Source of the DNA: Lytechinus pictus
Taxonomy: Eukaryota
Direction of reading: 5' to 3'
Length of the DNA: 64,000 bases
Assembly: GCF_037042905.1 (NCBI RefSeq)
Contig: NC_087251.1
Span: 23,500,001-23,564,000, forward strand
The translations under genes and the position numbers were made by a program. Within the stretch, counting starts at the first letter, position 1, and each line of letters opens with the position of its first letter. The notes under the pieces are model-generated. The model had not been told where the DNA came from and searched no databases. It saw only the letters and a list, made by a program, of their open reading frames with translations. Below are positions 23,981-38,812 of the stretch, one piece after another.

Positions 23981-25799
23981 CGTTCATCTTGTCAATGCCA
24001 TTTAAACTATCGTTTGATTAAGTTTATACCCAGATTATATACTTACTTAGATGACTATATATGGAGTAGAATGTCATGAAAGACAAATATAACACCTTCT
24101 CATTTGTTGGCTGAAAAAGGAGGGAAAGAGGAAAATATCAATACAAAATAGACACACTCCTAAATTCGTTAGTATCCTATCATATCCAATTCTTGATGCA
24201 TTATAATATAGGCTCGTGTTTATTTTTTTTATCATAGTTATCCTTGGTAAAAGATTGTTTAAAAAATATTTGAATAAATAAATGATTTCATCATCTGCGT
24301 CATCAATGTATATAACGAGTGGAGTAGAAATAAATGAGTTGATTTGAATGCATTTATTACTCAAATAAGCATAATAATGAAAAAAATCTCAACATTACTG
24401 TTTTGTGTTTTACCATAGAATATTCAGGTCAGGCTTAGTTTTAAAAAGCAGTAATGTGTAGCGAAAGGGCGGTATTTAAATGATGAAATTGGAGGCGTTA
24501 CCCACACACACCAAACCCACCCGCACACATTATATTTTTTTCTTTTGTATCCATTACAGTTTAATAAACTCGATAATAGAGGTAGAATTTTTTTTTAAGG
24601 CCGCGATTTCCAAGTTGATGTTGATAGGTTGCTAAGACGGAAGGGGGGAAGTTGGAGTTGCGGTGGCTGAACACGCGTGAAATCACTATTGGATGTAATG
24701 GTCATTTCACGTTTTCATACACACACTGTTAAAAAAACAAGATTTTACAGAAGAAAAAATTAAAAAAATTACAGAAAGAAATAACTAAATCATTCTGTAA
24801 ATTGTTATAACAGGAAAAGATTTTTTTTTACAATTTTTCTACAATATTTACAGAACAGGTCTGTTTTAAAAAGGGGGAAACAGTTTCATTACAATAAATT
24901 CGTAAGGTTACATACACCAAATACCAATTTTTTGTAATTTCACACAAATGCATGTAAGATTACACAGTGCAGTAAGATTACAGGTGTTCTCGAGACTCTG
25001 CTGCAGGATTTTTTTTTTTCAGTTGAAATTTTCTAACAGTCCACTTACTGGAGTTCCGCGACTCCTGCATCTGTTGATCAAGGACATTTTTTTAATCAAA
25101 ATAATATACAAAAATCATAAAAGAAGGAGTGAGTGCGGTATTCTGATCCCTCTCATTTTCATATCACTGTTTTGTGAAATTAAGCAAAACTTTAAAATAA
25201 TGTCATACGGTTCCAATTTTACATCTGATATTTAGTTTTTTCAGCATTATGCTATTAGATATTTTAATCGATTGCTATTATAATTTGGATATTTTAATCT
25301 GCAAGAATTGAAAATAACTGATTACGTAGAAGTACCTATAAATCGCGTGCATTGTATAATGAGGAAGTTTATTCTTTTCTAAGGTTTCAAAGAAATGTCA
25401 ATGAGAATTTAATTAGTTTGTTCAAGAATATACGACTATTTTTGGGAATGTTTGTGATATGATTATAAGCCATCTCCTTTCTATTGTTTAACCTGCTTAT
25501 GTAGTTACATCTTTCTCTACCACCCCTCATTGCTGTTCTCCCAATGTGTAAGATGAAGAAACTTAAATAAAATATATATATATATTTTTACTATTTACAA
25601 TTTAGTATGAAGAGCGTTCGGCCTATAAATTGTTTTGCTGCTTTCTTTAACCAGCTATCGACTTATTTGTGTATGTCTCATTAATCGGAAATCATAATTT
25701 CATCTTTCAGAGTGATCATCGGCAAAGAAAGTGTATTAGGTTGAAGTGTCACACAAGTTTGGTTTTATCTTTGATTATTTGAAACGAGTTTTAATTTAA

Positions 25800-27330
25800 A
25801 GGGGAATCCAAACTTGGTCATGAAATAATTTGTCACATAGAAAGAAAAAAGTAAAACAGAATGGGGAAAGTTTAAAATTGAGATCCCAAAGACGATGTAA
25901 ATTTCAAAATTGGCAACTGGGCAAGTAAATTATGACAAGTGGTAGGGACAACTTTCTCATATTCCAACATGCACTACATTATCAAGGGGTTTGTGGTTCT
26001 CTCCAGTGTGGCGTAACTACGGGGGGTACAGAGGGTACGTACCCCCTCCAAAAAAAAAATAATAATAAATAAATAAAAAGGGGAGAAGGAGGAATAGAAG
26101 GAGAAAGGAGAATGGGGAAAAGAAGAAATTATTGTATATTATATTATATAAGATATATTACATAAGAATTTTTGATAACTTTATGAAACAAAATTTGTTT
26201 AGGGCCTATGTGTTCATCACTCCTGGTGCTCGCATTGTCTGTTTAATGAGATAAATAATCATGTTCAAGGGGGTTAGATTGTACTAAAACATCTCGTTTT
26301 CAAGTCAATGTACACCAAAACATATCCTCGCACTTCGAGCTTTTATAATTTTATGAAGTGGCATATGCCTCTTTTTCATAACTACATTAAGAAATTACCC
26401 CCTTTTAAGGTCTTAATATAAAACATTTCCAGTCCTTGCTGACGTTCGCATGAGTGGATTGGTGAGATTTGTCTGTTCTTCATGAATTTCTAAAAACTGT
26501 ACATAAAATGTCCCTTTTTCTGGTCTGAATTTTTAGCTAGCGCTCCCCACTCGCATCCTTTGGTTAGTGAAATACGTATGGTCTTAATGAATTCCTATAC
26601 AAACAAGCCTTAGAATGCCCCTCTTTAATATCAAAAATTTTCAGCTCGCGCTTCGCGCTCGCATTATTTGATTAGTGAGATATGTATCATGTTCATGATA
26701 ACAATCATTTCAAAAAGTGCTTCATGCATTTGGTGTAATTCTAAAAAAATAATAATAATAAAATCAGCACGCGCATGGCGCTCGCATTAGATGACTATGG
26801 TGAGATATGTATGCTCTTCATGAATTCCTTAAAATGAAGTCCTTAAAATGTCCCTCTTTGGGGTCAATTTATACAAAAAGTTTAGTGAGACAGGTACCTA
26901 TCATGATCACAAAAAATTGCTTACAATGTCCCTTTTTAGGTCTGAATATGAAAAATTGCTGGTGCCCCCCCCCCCCATTCCGTGACCCACGGTACGCCAC
27001 CTGTACTCTCCTAAGTACCTGTACTTCATCTGGGGTAATAATCAAATATAACCAAAGTAGCATTTTGTTTATGTCTTCATGAAAGAAAAATATAATTTGC
27101 AAAAAGAAATATGTATTGGAGTAAATGAAAGAGTATATTCCTTGCCTTACATCACTATGACATCATTTATTGAAATCTCCATGGGTAAAAAGATTAACAA
27201 TTTTTACAACTTGGAAAAATTCATAACTTTCTTCATTGTTTGTCCGATATTGTTTAAACTTTCACCTATCTGCTTGTCTCATTTTTATTTTCCTCTAAGA
27301 ACAACTTTTCTTAATTGGTTGGATTGCCCT
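25800..27330. mobile_element. Kolobok-like TTAA MITE with a nested insertion
   Basis: TTAA|AGGGGAATCCAA ... TTGGATTGCCCT|TTAA (RR..YY ends, TTAA TSD). Confidence 0.7.
26004..27003. mobile_element. hAT-like MITE nested in the TTAA element
   Basis: CAGTGTGGCGTA ... TACGCCACCTG; flanks TTCTCTC / TACTCTC; same GCTCGCGCTTCGCGCTCGC internal repeat as 7148-9526. Confidence 0.7.
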
Positions 27331-27789
27331 TTAATATGAAACACAATTTTGTCCGACTCGTGACTGAATGTGTTCTTGTACTGGAAAATATAATCTCTGT
27401 TTGCTCTTGAGAAGATGACATCTATAAGAAATGTTCTTGTAGTAATATCCGTTAAAATGAATAACAGTAATGTGATTAAAAAGTGAAACAATCATAAAAG
27501 ATGAAGAAATCGTTCAGTATGTCTATCAATAGAGGCTTTAATACATAACTACATCTCGAATTTGATTTGTATTTAAATTCAGACACGATAAGTAACAAAT
27601 AAGGCAAATTGGATGGCTCGTTCGAAGACATAACAATTTGTTCGCATCAACGATTCTTCATCTCAACCACAGAATAAAGTACCTCAAGGATATATCGTAG
27701 GTCGTTAACTTTGTAGTCTTTACGTCGATAACGTTCATAAATCATCCAACTTACTAACCTGTATTTATTATGTAGATACAAACATCCTT

Positions 27790-28060
27790 TTTAACGAAAA
27801 TATCACTTTCCTTCTAAAGTCTTTAAGTCAACCCTGGTATTGCAATATCTTAATTATGGAATTTTAGCATGCATGAAGAAACAGTGCATCATACCGGCGA
27901 GATCAAATTCTATCACTTAAAGAAAAAGATATATATTCCGATTATAATATTTGTTCAATAACACTTTTAAGTTAATGACAAAATCAACTCAAACTTTCAG
28001 TGCTTGCAGAGATCAAAATCACAACCTATCCCCTGTTTTTCATCATTCACATTCACAATA
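27790..28060 (+). mobile_element. Highly decayed CR1/L2-group RT fragment
   Basis: TATCTTAATTATGGAATTTTAGCATG (YLNYGILA) matches ~10294-10320. Confidence 0.5.
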
Positions 28061-28084
28061 GATATATGCATTCATCGGGGTTCC

Positions 28085-28230
28085 AAGCTTCATTAATCCG
28101 AAGGCTCGTTAATCCGGACATTCGATATTCCGAAAGTTCATTAGTCAGAAGTTTCGTTCCAGCGAGGGTTCATCGATAAAAAGGTTCGTTATTCCGAAAA
28201 AAAAAATCAGATTCGATCTTTCGAAGGTTT
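28085..28230. repeat. Degenerate ~16-bp minisatellite (GGTTCGTTANTCCGAA)
   Basis: Repeated TTCRTTA.TCCGAA units. Confidence 0.55.
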
Positions 28231-29734
28231 TCAATTTATACTTATTCTCATTTCGTCTTATATTTCAAACTATTTCATATTTGCTTATATACGTTCATTT
28301 TGTTATGTAAACATGATAACTGAAAAACGAATTATATCAGAATGTAATAAAATCTGGCCATTTTAGAATTCTGTAAGATGTTGTTAATAGAGTCCTGAGA
28401 GGATCACTTCATCACTAACTATAATGCACGCTAATGATTAGAAAAAAAAATAGTTATGATGTATCTATATAGTGGGGTTAAGGCCTAATTATTTGACCAT
28501 GTAGTTGGAGGTAGCTCCAAATCCCTGATTTGACATTTCTGCGTACTTTTCCTATAACAAAGAGTGATATCAAGATTCCCAAATTAAAAAAAAAAGGATG
28601 AATGAACTTTTCGAATGCATATTTTTGTTTTCTTTTAATAACGCCCATCTCTAGTGCTGAATATTAAATGATGATGGCACCATTGGGCATCTGAAGCACT
28701 ACAGATAGGGTAACTATGCACCGTAACAGTCGAAATCGGACACCTTGAGCTCTCGCTCTTCGTACCGCCCATTAATGAATAAATGGATGAGCTTGAGGTA
28801 TAGAGTTTGAGAGCAACGATCGGCGAGTAAATGAGCTACTATCAAATCACGCCAGCCCAACAAGCCACCAACAATAACAGTGGTCATCCGACAAGCTCAG
28901 GCCAACCAATATTATGCTCTCAGCACATTGACCCCTTGGACATGCACTTCACTAAAGGTCAATGGCTCCTGGACCCCAAGCGTTGTCTGATTGGATGAGG
29001 AGCGATGGTCTATTGACAGAAGTTCCTCAAGGAATTCACAGAATTAAGATGGTGGCATGGTGCCCATACTAACATGTTATGCAAGGAATTACAGTTTTTA
29101 CATCTCATTTTTTTAATATATAGCACAAATATCTGTAATTTCGATGCACATACTGCAGCGGAAGTCAATCACAAGCTTCTTACGTTTCGTTTTAATAGCG
29201 ATAGTTTAATAAAATGATCAATTTCGATTGAAAAATGACAAACAAACATTTCTTGAAGCAATGCACAATTTCTTTAACCCAGCCCCCTGAAAATTTCAGC
29301 CTCGTTACTCTCTTTAAAAGGATTTGTCATTCATTTCGATCTTTATTTTGATATTCAAATCTCGTATAACCCTTTTAGCTATTTACATTGCAGGGTTTTC
29401 GGATCGAAATTTTGATACTTATTTAACATTTAGGCGAAATTGTGTATTGGTGGACTTAAAAACACCAAAACCATACTTGAAATTGAAGTACCAATCAATG
29501 GTTTCACAGATATTAAGGCTTTATCACTTTGGTAAAAACGGCGGAAATTATGTCATAAGTATGGATTCAAGAGTTGTCTTCAGTTATGGGTTAATAATGT
29601 TTTAACATTTGAATAAGAGCAAAGTATTTGATTCTTGCTGTAATGACAAAAATAAAAAAAAAGAGTTAAGGACCAAGCGCCCCCGTCATTATGCACCTGC
29701 ACCCTTACGTTAAGATATGTTGGATGAATAATAA

Positions 29735-29932
29735 TTATTGTTTTCTGGGGTTGCCACGCAGTCAAGCTTAGCTCATATAGTGGCAACCTTCTAACAATCG
29801 ATATATTTTAATAGAAAATGCAATTATGTTCAATGTTTTGCTTGTCAGTTATACGTATATTATTATTGTATTTTCTTTGTTAATGTGTTTATGAAAAAGT
29901 GTTGCAGAAACCAATAAATGAAATGAAATGAA
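29735..29932 (+). mobile_element. LINE 3' UTR fragment
   Basis: Stem-loop at 29749-29788 and AATAAA(TGAAA)n tail. Confidence 0.6.
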
Positions 29933-32900
29933 GAGTTAAGTACGAGGTCACTGTTGTAATTACGCTCATGTTTTATTATACCTATCCGTGATCTATCCCA
30001 TCGGATCACATCGGCGGAGGTCGGCGAAATGTATTTATTTATCTATATATTCATTTATTTACTTCCTTATTCAATACTTATCTATTTATTCATTTGTTTA
30101 TTATTATTATATATAACATATATTTAATTAGTATAGAACGAGCTAATCAAGCACTTGTTGTTCTTCCCCAGACAGATTCATACTTTGCTTGACTCTGCAG
30201 CGGAACGAAGATGTAGTCATAATTATAATTATAATTGTAATTTTGGAAATAGCAATAACAACAACAATGATAATGACATATGGATAATCAAGATAGATGA
30301 GTATTCATCTTGCAAATGACTAGAATAATGATAATTTATTTTAGTGGAAATGACGACGGTGATAATAAAGGTGATAGTTATGATGACTATTTCCATCATT
30401 ATATTTGATTAGTATAATAAAATTGTTTAGTCTATGAATGAAGGGTTAGTCTTTAACAAATATCGCTCATTTTTTCCAACGATTGTTCGAAAATTTATGT
30501 GAAAATAAAGGAATATGATTGGCGATTTGACACAATTCACATTCACAATTTCTGATGTTATGTATTCTGTCAAAATAAGAATTTCGCTGAAAAGTTGCGT
30601 TGGGAATTGTTTGCATGACCAAGGGATATAGTGTTATAATTGTAAAAATTTATGCGTTAGATTATAATGAAGGACACCGACAAAGAATTCATAAAAAGAA
30701 GAATGACCAACAATAATAGTCCTGAGGGACGCCTCGTGATCAAGTCCCTTTTTACTGGAATTCACAGAGACACAATCACTGCCACTCATATCTGTGTTTA
30801 TCCTATTCATGATAATCTAGTATATAGGCCTAATCATTTTATGTAGAGAAAATTAATATGTCCACGTTTGCAATATAAACATTAAAAATATTATTCCTAA
30901 GAACAATCGAGCTAGTTTGCACACTGTCTTTAGTTTCCAGATACACCTCAAGCTTACATACCAGTTTATTTCATTCTTAAGTTCAAATGCTGTATCAAGG
31001 TTCATGGTGGTAGACGATAACCACACCAACATGAATAAAAGAAAGATGCCAAGCGAGATCAAATTGAAAAGGAAATCAAGCACAATTCGACAGTCTTTAA
31101 CAAAAGATAGCTGGTGTAATACCTTACGGCGATACACACAAATGAGGAAAATACCACTCATAACAAGATTATGTGTGCTCTTTTTAAGATTTTGCAACAA
31201 GACATACCGTTGACCCACTTGAGTCAACACAATAGTCTGAAACGCACAGGTGCATCCCATATATTATTGATAGCATCACGCGTGTCGCTCTATTAAATTG
31301 CAAGTTCATTGACACCGTATCGAGACCCAAACGCTTCTTCTATCATCAAATCTACAGAAGATGTTAAAGTATTCTTCGTTTTAACGCCCCCTTTCTTTTC
31401 ATTCAGCAGTTATTATACCGTTCAAAATTAAATTTTTATGTGAGTTAGTGGTTGTTGCTGTTGATGTTTATTAATTATTATTCGATAAAGAAAATAATTG
31501 ATGTTGCCAACGCACGTGGTTATGGAATCGGACCAAAAGGACAAATAACGATTACTGCATCGTAATAAACTGTGTAAATGAGTGGTGTGTGATACTTGGG
31601 AGCTTCTTTTCGTGCAGGTGTTTGATCCTAGCTTTATGATTGATTGATAATAATAATGATAATGATAATGACAATAATTATATCATTAATATTATTTCTA
31701 TTCATAGTAATAATGAAAATAACAACAATAGAATAATAATAATGATAAGTATATGATGATTATAGTAAATTTGATATATATACATTATTTTAAATGTAGA
31801 TTTTTGAAAAAAATTATGAAATATACTTTGTTTAGTAGCCCCTTAAAAGTTAATCAATGATCTCAGTATTTATAAACATGAATAAATCCATGTGTTCATG
31901 ATTGTATCCAAGATAGAAAAATGTAAATATAGTAAGACCATGCATGATATAATATTGATATTGAGGTAACCGTGTTCTTTCCATTCCTAGACTTGAAGAT
32001 GCATGATACAAGTTATGATCAATACGGGGCCCTGGTTATGTCGTACAAATCTCGTACTGTGATAATGTACCTTGGTTAGTATGATATAGGCAGAATATGA
32101 TAGGGACGCCTCCGTGAAATTTCAGACGCATTTCCCGGTCATAGCAACCGAACCATAACGAAATAGCTCTTATCCTTCGCTCTGGAAGATTTGATGGGAT
32201 GGTAAACATATTAACGACACTTAACAATTGTCGTGAGTGGGGTTCTGTAATGAGAAGATACAAAGAAACAAAATGCATGCACTACGGAGCTAAAAGTTGA
32301 AAACCTTACTATGAAGTTGAATTAAAATCATATTCTATCAATGTAAAGAAGTTAAAAATTTTCAAGAATGCCTTTATACAGTGTCAAAAACGAGATATAC
32401 AGTCGACTTTACTTTATTTCATAAGGTCATTGATTACGCGTGCGTTTTCCTTTCTAGTCATCTCATTTGTCGTCTGCACAACTCGCGTTTAGAATTTGGC
32501 GCGAATTTCGCCTGATGAAAAATGACAGGCAACTGAAGCTGTACGCTTTTCACCCGCCGTTCTTTGCTTTGTTCCCTAATTCATGTAATTGCTCACGGCG
32601 TGCTTATATCATCATCGCATCCACGCGCCAAGCTGCTAGTAGTAGCCGATGATGCAGCTAAACATGTTTTATTTCATCGGTTTTACCGAATCTACCATAC
32701 GAGATTTAAAATAGATTGATACATCACCGTAGGCACAATTTAGGCCAATTAGAATCAAATTTTCAGATACCTCAATTGAAATTTTCAAAGTTACGATTGA
32801 TTTGAATCAATTATAACTCTCAATTAGGTCATGGGCAATGGTCTTACAGAAAAAATTGAAGTGACTACACCTTTCATAATTTAATCCGATTGATATCCAA

Positions 32901-35900
32901 ACTAGTACTTTCTTACAATTACTGAAAAAGTATGTATCACAAACACTAATGAGAACACTTGTGAAAGAACAGACCTTAGAAAGATAGGCATTATAGAGTG
33001 ATTGGTCGACAAATCGATCGGTCAATATGATAGCTGAATGGATAGAATCGAAGGTAGTTAGGTAGGAAGGTATATAGTAAATGGAAGTAGTTCCAGTAAA
33101 CAATGATTAAACGAGAAAGCCTGTAAAACCAATCTTAATTATCGTCACTATATTATGATCGTGGATCTAGATCTGGTAAAGTAACATTTATCTTAACTCT
33201 GTAAAATCACGAATTCTAAGCTGAAGATGACCAACACAGATAAGATAATGTATTATCATCACCTCGAAAAGACCCGACATCGTTTTGGAGTTTTATGTTT
33301 GTTTTGCTAATTTCTCAGTTTATACACAATTTTTGCATAACCCTTTGGCACATATTTTGGGTGGACATCATTTTGATTGGGTTCTGTCCGAACTCATGTT
33401 GAAATCGTTACTACAACTTGCATTAATCTTTAAGATTTTTTTAATTCCCGTAAGGGGTCACTATTATGCGTTCCCTAAAATTGATAGAGTTGAAGACAAT
33501 TGGACATCTTAAATAAGACTATAACCCTAAAGCTAAAATTTTGACTAATATGTCAGACATGTCAGATGATACGCCGGTAAAGAATATCGGTTGCAAACAG
33601 CGCACTCTATCATTTTTGCAGAGATATGAAAATGATTCTACATTATTCATTTACTGAGATTACTTAACGATAGAATCTTTTGTAAGCTATACTAAATTAT
33701 AGTCTTTCTAGAAAAAAATAATAATAACGGACATTCACTCTTTCCCACTTTTAGAAATTTTACTTGCGCGATAATTCTCAACGTGAAAGAAAAACAGATT
33801 AAGTATCATTTTCATATAATTTAGTCAAATATCTGTTGTTATTCACGTTCTGTTTGAAGAATATGAGATGGGCTGATTTTTTTTTCATTTTGATGTTGTA
33901 TTCATACATTTTTTAAAGCCTTTGTGTCATTTGAACTCATTTCAGTTATAATTTTGACAATGTTGATTTATACGTATTGCATTACTATTGTTCAAACTAA
34001 CACAATATTTTAGGTCATATCACTGTTAACAATGAGAGCAAATTAGGATTGTTTTCAAAGTTTATTTTATTTATTCCGATAAATGTTATATTCAGTTTAT
34101 TAGTAAATTCATGGCCATCAGGACTTAATAATGACAGCATGCATGGCCCTGGGAAGCAGGTTACCTTGGGGTTACTACCTGTGTTATTCACCATAAAGCA
34201 GCACCCACTGGAAATCTGGTAGGTATAGCAAATAGCATCAGTCACCTCGATTTTGTATATATCGAATCTTTTTTCCCTTTTTTTTGCTTGTCAAATTTCC
34301 AAAGATTAAGAAAGTTATTAGAATTTTTCAGTTTTTGATTGGTGACGTCATAAACGAGCAGCTGCCGCATAATGTTATGTAATTTAGAATGTATAAATCT
34401 CTTGTTTTTTAATGGTTTGCGATGACTTATTTTTGTTTTCTTTTTACGAACGGATGGGAAATGATTTATCTATACACATACTGAAGGTAGAGTAAAAACC
34501 ATTTTCAAATTGATTGATATTTTACCATACGATATAGGAAAGCTGCTCGCACATGACGTCACAAATGAAATAAATGAAATTAAAATAACATTTTGATTGA
34601 TTTTTCTCAGACCATTATTTTTCTGCTATTTTCAAAATAAACTTTTTGTCTGGGTGAACGTTACCTTTAAGTTATGAGAAGCTTTATCTCTTTAGTCCCT
34701 GCACAAATGAGTATTTTGGCTAAGAAAGACACAGTCATGAAGATACATTTTTACTCAAGCAAAGATCGTTAATTCATAACGTATTGGAATTGATTCAGGC
34801 GTGGAAGTCCTATGAATACCTCATCATTCACTCACGCGTGGTATAGAAATGTGAGAACACAACCTCATTAAAATGAAATACTGCGGGGGCTTCATTTAAA
34901 AAAAGGGGAGTCGGCAACCGAATAAACAATTTTGAATCAGCTGCATACTCCCTTTAATATGTATTATATTTTCTATGTTTCTCTTTCTTGATTCTCTTCA
35001 TTATTTTCTTGTGTGTGTGTCTTTGTCTTCTACTTTTGTCTCCTCCTTTATACCCACTCCTTTTTCTTCTTTTTCATCTCCACCTTTTTAATCATCATCT
35101 TGTCGTTCTTCCTTGTTTTATGTTCCCCCTTGTTCCCTGTTTCGTAGTCTGCTTCTTTTCGAATCCCTAATATACCCTGTTATTTTTTTTCATTATAACA
35201 AAAGTATCCTTTTCACTTTAATCGATGAAGTAAACCTTAAAAGGGCTGTTGATTACAAAAAAAACCTGTTCTCCATTCATTTCGATGGAGCTGCTTTTTA
35301 CGTTTTTTATTTGTTGTTGGTTTCTGTACAATATGATTTTCCTACTTTCTTTCTTTGGAAAGCTACAATTTTCTTGAGTTTTTAAAATCTCTATCATGTC
35401 TTTATCCACTGTGCAATATTTTCTGTAAGACGTTTAGATATTTCTTTTTTGCCCTTTAATACATTTGATGTCAAAATTGGCATACTTGCGTTATTCTCTC
35501 ATCATTACCAGAGCAACCCGATTCCTTCGCATACTCATCCAAACGCCTCTCATCAATTTCTAACTATCGTGGTTGAGGGAGGTGACTATTTTGCGCGCGC
35601 TTCCAAAATGATGAATTTCCAGTTGTGGTTTCTGGCGTCATAATTATTGCGATATCGTCTGCTCAAAGTGGCACGAAGTTAGATCATCGGGCGAAGGTTT
35701 GCTCTAGGGGAGGGGAGTAGAGGCTTGACGGAGTGCTCAAGCATGCCTTATGAATGCTGAAAAAAGTTAGCAACTAATCATTATGATCATAGTTGATGAT
35801 GTGGTATATGGTAATCAAGATCGGGAAACCATAAGGTATTAATAAAATTTATATATATATCTGTTTGGATTTTGCTTAGCTGAGATGAAGATAATAATAG

Positions 35901-37441
35901 TCCCTATTGTTTTTGTCAGTGGTTTTATTGAAAGTTGGAAGGAAAATATATCACTAGGCAAATTTAGTTCCCTTCAGTTGGCTTTTTATAATGATTTTAC
36001 TTCAGGATACGAATATACCATTGGCGGGTTCTGAACCTCACGATCCCTCACACACTTGGCAGGCGTCTTAGCCGGGATAATCCATCACGTTACTCATTAT
36101 TTGTGTATCCCTTACTTTATATTCCCTGGTATGTAAATAAATATGTGGGGTTGTAAGGAGGGATGTGGGTGTGTGGAGGTATCCCTCTCTCTCTCTCTCT
36201 CTCCCAGTGATTCTTACTATTGAAGGAATACACCCGCACACTCACCCTCACCCCACACACACGCATATGAGCGGACACATATACATAGCGCGAAGCTCGA
36301 ACTGAAAATTTGTGATATTTCGACCTGGAAACTGGACATTCTAGGCACTTTTTGTAACTGTGAACAAGATGAAGCCAAAAATAACTTTAAAACTTAAATT
36401 CTTCATGTAGACATATTCATCTTATGCATATAATTATGTTTGCTGAAAATGCAACTACATGTATCAAGTCGTCAAGCAGCCCGTCAAAACTTGTAAATTT
36501 AGCTCTCTGTTTCATAATTACGAATCAAGATACAGTGCTTGAGAAGAAACGCTAATCAAATTATATCACTACAAATAATATGATTATACTATTTGGCATT
36601 TCCGGTAATGTATTGAAAAGATATCAATGTATAATTAGGCCTATCTGTTAGCATTGACAACAAATCTGTTTATTTTATTTTGGTTCAATCGGAATGTAAA
36701 TGAATTTCAGTTTATTGTGCATGTTAGATATTATTTACCCAGGGAATCGTATACATGAAGAACATCATTACTCGGAGAGCTTTACCGGTATTTTAGCTCA
36801 AACCATAACATGGCATTCTCGGTTATAGCAGAACGCCGAAGGCTTATCAGCTAGTTCACCACAGTTATACTTTGCCATTAATATTCAAGCATAGTTACCG
36901 GTTGTGACATCGCCTCTCCAAACATGGATAAATCATAGACAGCTCGCATAGAAACATCGCTATTATTATCATTTCGAAGAATCATCATCATTATTATTTC
37001 AGAACTCACAACAGTAGGCCGTCTATTACCGAAGGGGCTGACGGTGTTAGATTACGCCATGAATTATTAGCGTGGAATTAATAAGGTGTCGAACTTGATG
37101 TCTCCAAACTTGACTGAGGCAATTTTTCAAGTTTTATTGAGAAAATATTAGAGCTTTCATTGAAGATATACGGAATAAACAAACACGATTTATCTTGATA
37201 TTGACTTTGACTGTAACTTACACCATACATTAGTTCATCCTCATAATAATTAAGCCGATTCTTGTGGGGGAGATCTTTATCGATGTTGTCTATTCAGTCG
37301 TTCATTCAGATATTACTTAATCAATTATGTTTTATAATTTAGTAAATTGTAATTGTTGTTGACTGAGCGGTGATATAAGACACATCTGAATTTTATTTCA
37401 CGGGAGTAGGAAGTTTCATCGTTTATTTTTCTATAAAAATG

Positions 37442-37725
37442 CTGGGCCCTGGGAACTGTTTTTTTTTTACTGGGGTTGCTGAAGTCAATTTGACCAAAAT
37501 AAACGTTTCACTACAAAATGCAGGTCGTTTCGTTTCGGTCCCTAAATTTTTTTGCAAGCAATAATATAAGGGTTTCAACACTAAATGTTGATCATTTTCA
37601 ATACATTTCTCCAATTTGACACATCTACCAGAATTCCAGGGGGTGCTGCTTATGAAAAATAATACACGCAGCACCCCCTGGAAAATCTTGAGGGTGCTTC
37701 AGCACCACCGCTTCCCAGGGCCATG
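37442..37725. mobile_element. hAT-like MITE
   Basis: CTGGGCCCTGGGAA ... TTCCCAGGGCCATG; TSD TAAAAATG / TAAAGATG. Confidence 0.7.
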
Positions 37726-38672
37726 TAAAGATGTGTAGTGCAGTTAGTAATATGTAAGAACACAACAGACATTTTTTAGAGTCCTCCATTTAGAGCTTGT
37801 TTCAATAGACTATATTTATATATACATAACAACTGAATGGCAATGTTCACAGTTTTGATTTCTTACTATTATACCCGCAAATTGAAATTCCGATGAGAAT
37901 TTTTTTTACATTAACAAATAGGTAGATATCTAAAGCAAATACTCAATAAATTGTATTTAAACAACGTGTTATTGATAAGAATATAGCACATTTATCTTGT
38001 ATGGAAACCTTAAGTGAGCTATCATTTACATGGTATGGGAATGATGAGAAGAGGGCATATTAGATTAAATAGAAAGTAAAAAAATATCAGCGGGAATATA
38101 AGTCCCTTTAATCTACTTTATTTTTTTACATATATTAAATGAATAAAATTAGTTTCGTTTATGAAAATAAGACATATCAAGAGTGAAGACACATTTTTTA
38201 CAACTTGGAGAACCCCCCCTGCGATTGAATGATCAATGACTTAGGGTACAATAAACGCAGAGGTATACGTTATAATATGATGGTGTCATGATCCATCAGG
38301 CACAAGGGAGTTACTCAATTCATCAACCTATACACAACAGAAAAATAAAAACAAACGGACTTGATACGAAAGATTGATAACACAACGCTATTCCAGTCTT
38401 GGATCATGAGTATATCTTAAATACTTTGGATATGATCGTCCATCCCCCCTTTCAGCTTTTTATCCTCGTTTGGCCAAAAAGGAGAAATTTGCAACATTTA
38501 TCTCTTGACAAATTATGATAGAACTTAATCTTTCGACATTAAAAATCCATTTCATACAACTATACATTCATTTAATTTCTGATGTGATCGATTATGTAAT
38601 TAATGAATGCTTTCAAAATATGAACACATTTTTTTAACGATAAAGCTAAAAAACACTACAGTATTGTCTTGT

Positions 38673-38812
38673 ATCAGAAATCAAAGTGGATGAAAATAAA
38701 TTAGGTAAGATGCTTTTATTAAAAAAAAAACATTTGTAATACATCAGAAATCAAAGTGGATGAAAATAAATTAGGTAAGATGCTTTTATAAAAAAAAAAA
38801 CATTTGTAATAC
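38673..38812. repeat. 70-bp near-perfect tandem duplication
   Basis: ATCAGAAATC...CATTTGTAATAC occurs twice with one difference. Confidence 0.9.

Noticed and set aside
38673..38812. 70-bp duplication containing AG|GTAAG as duplicated exons
   Set aside because: No upstream acceptor or coherent frame; most simply a local tandem duplication.
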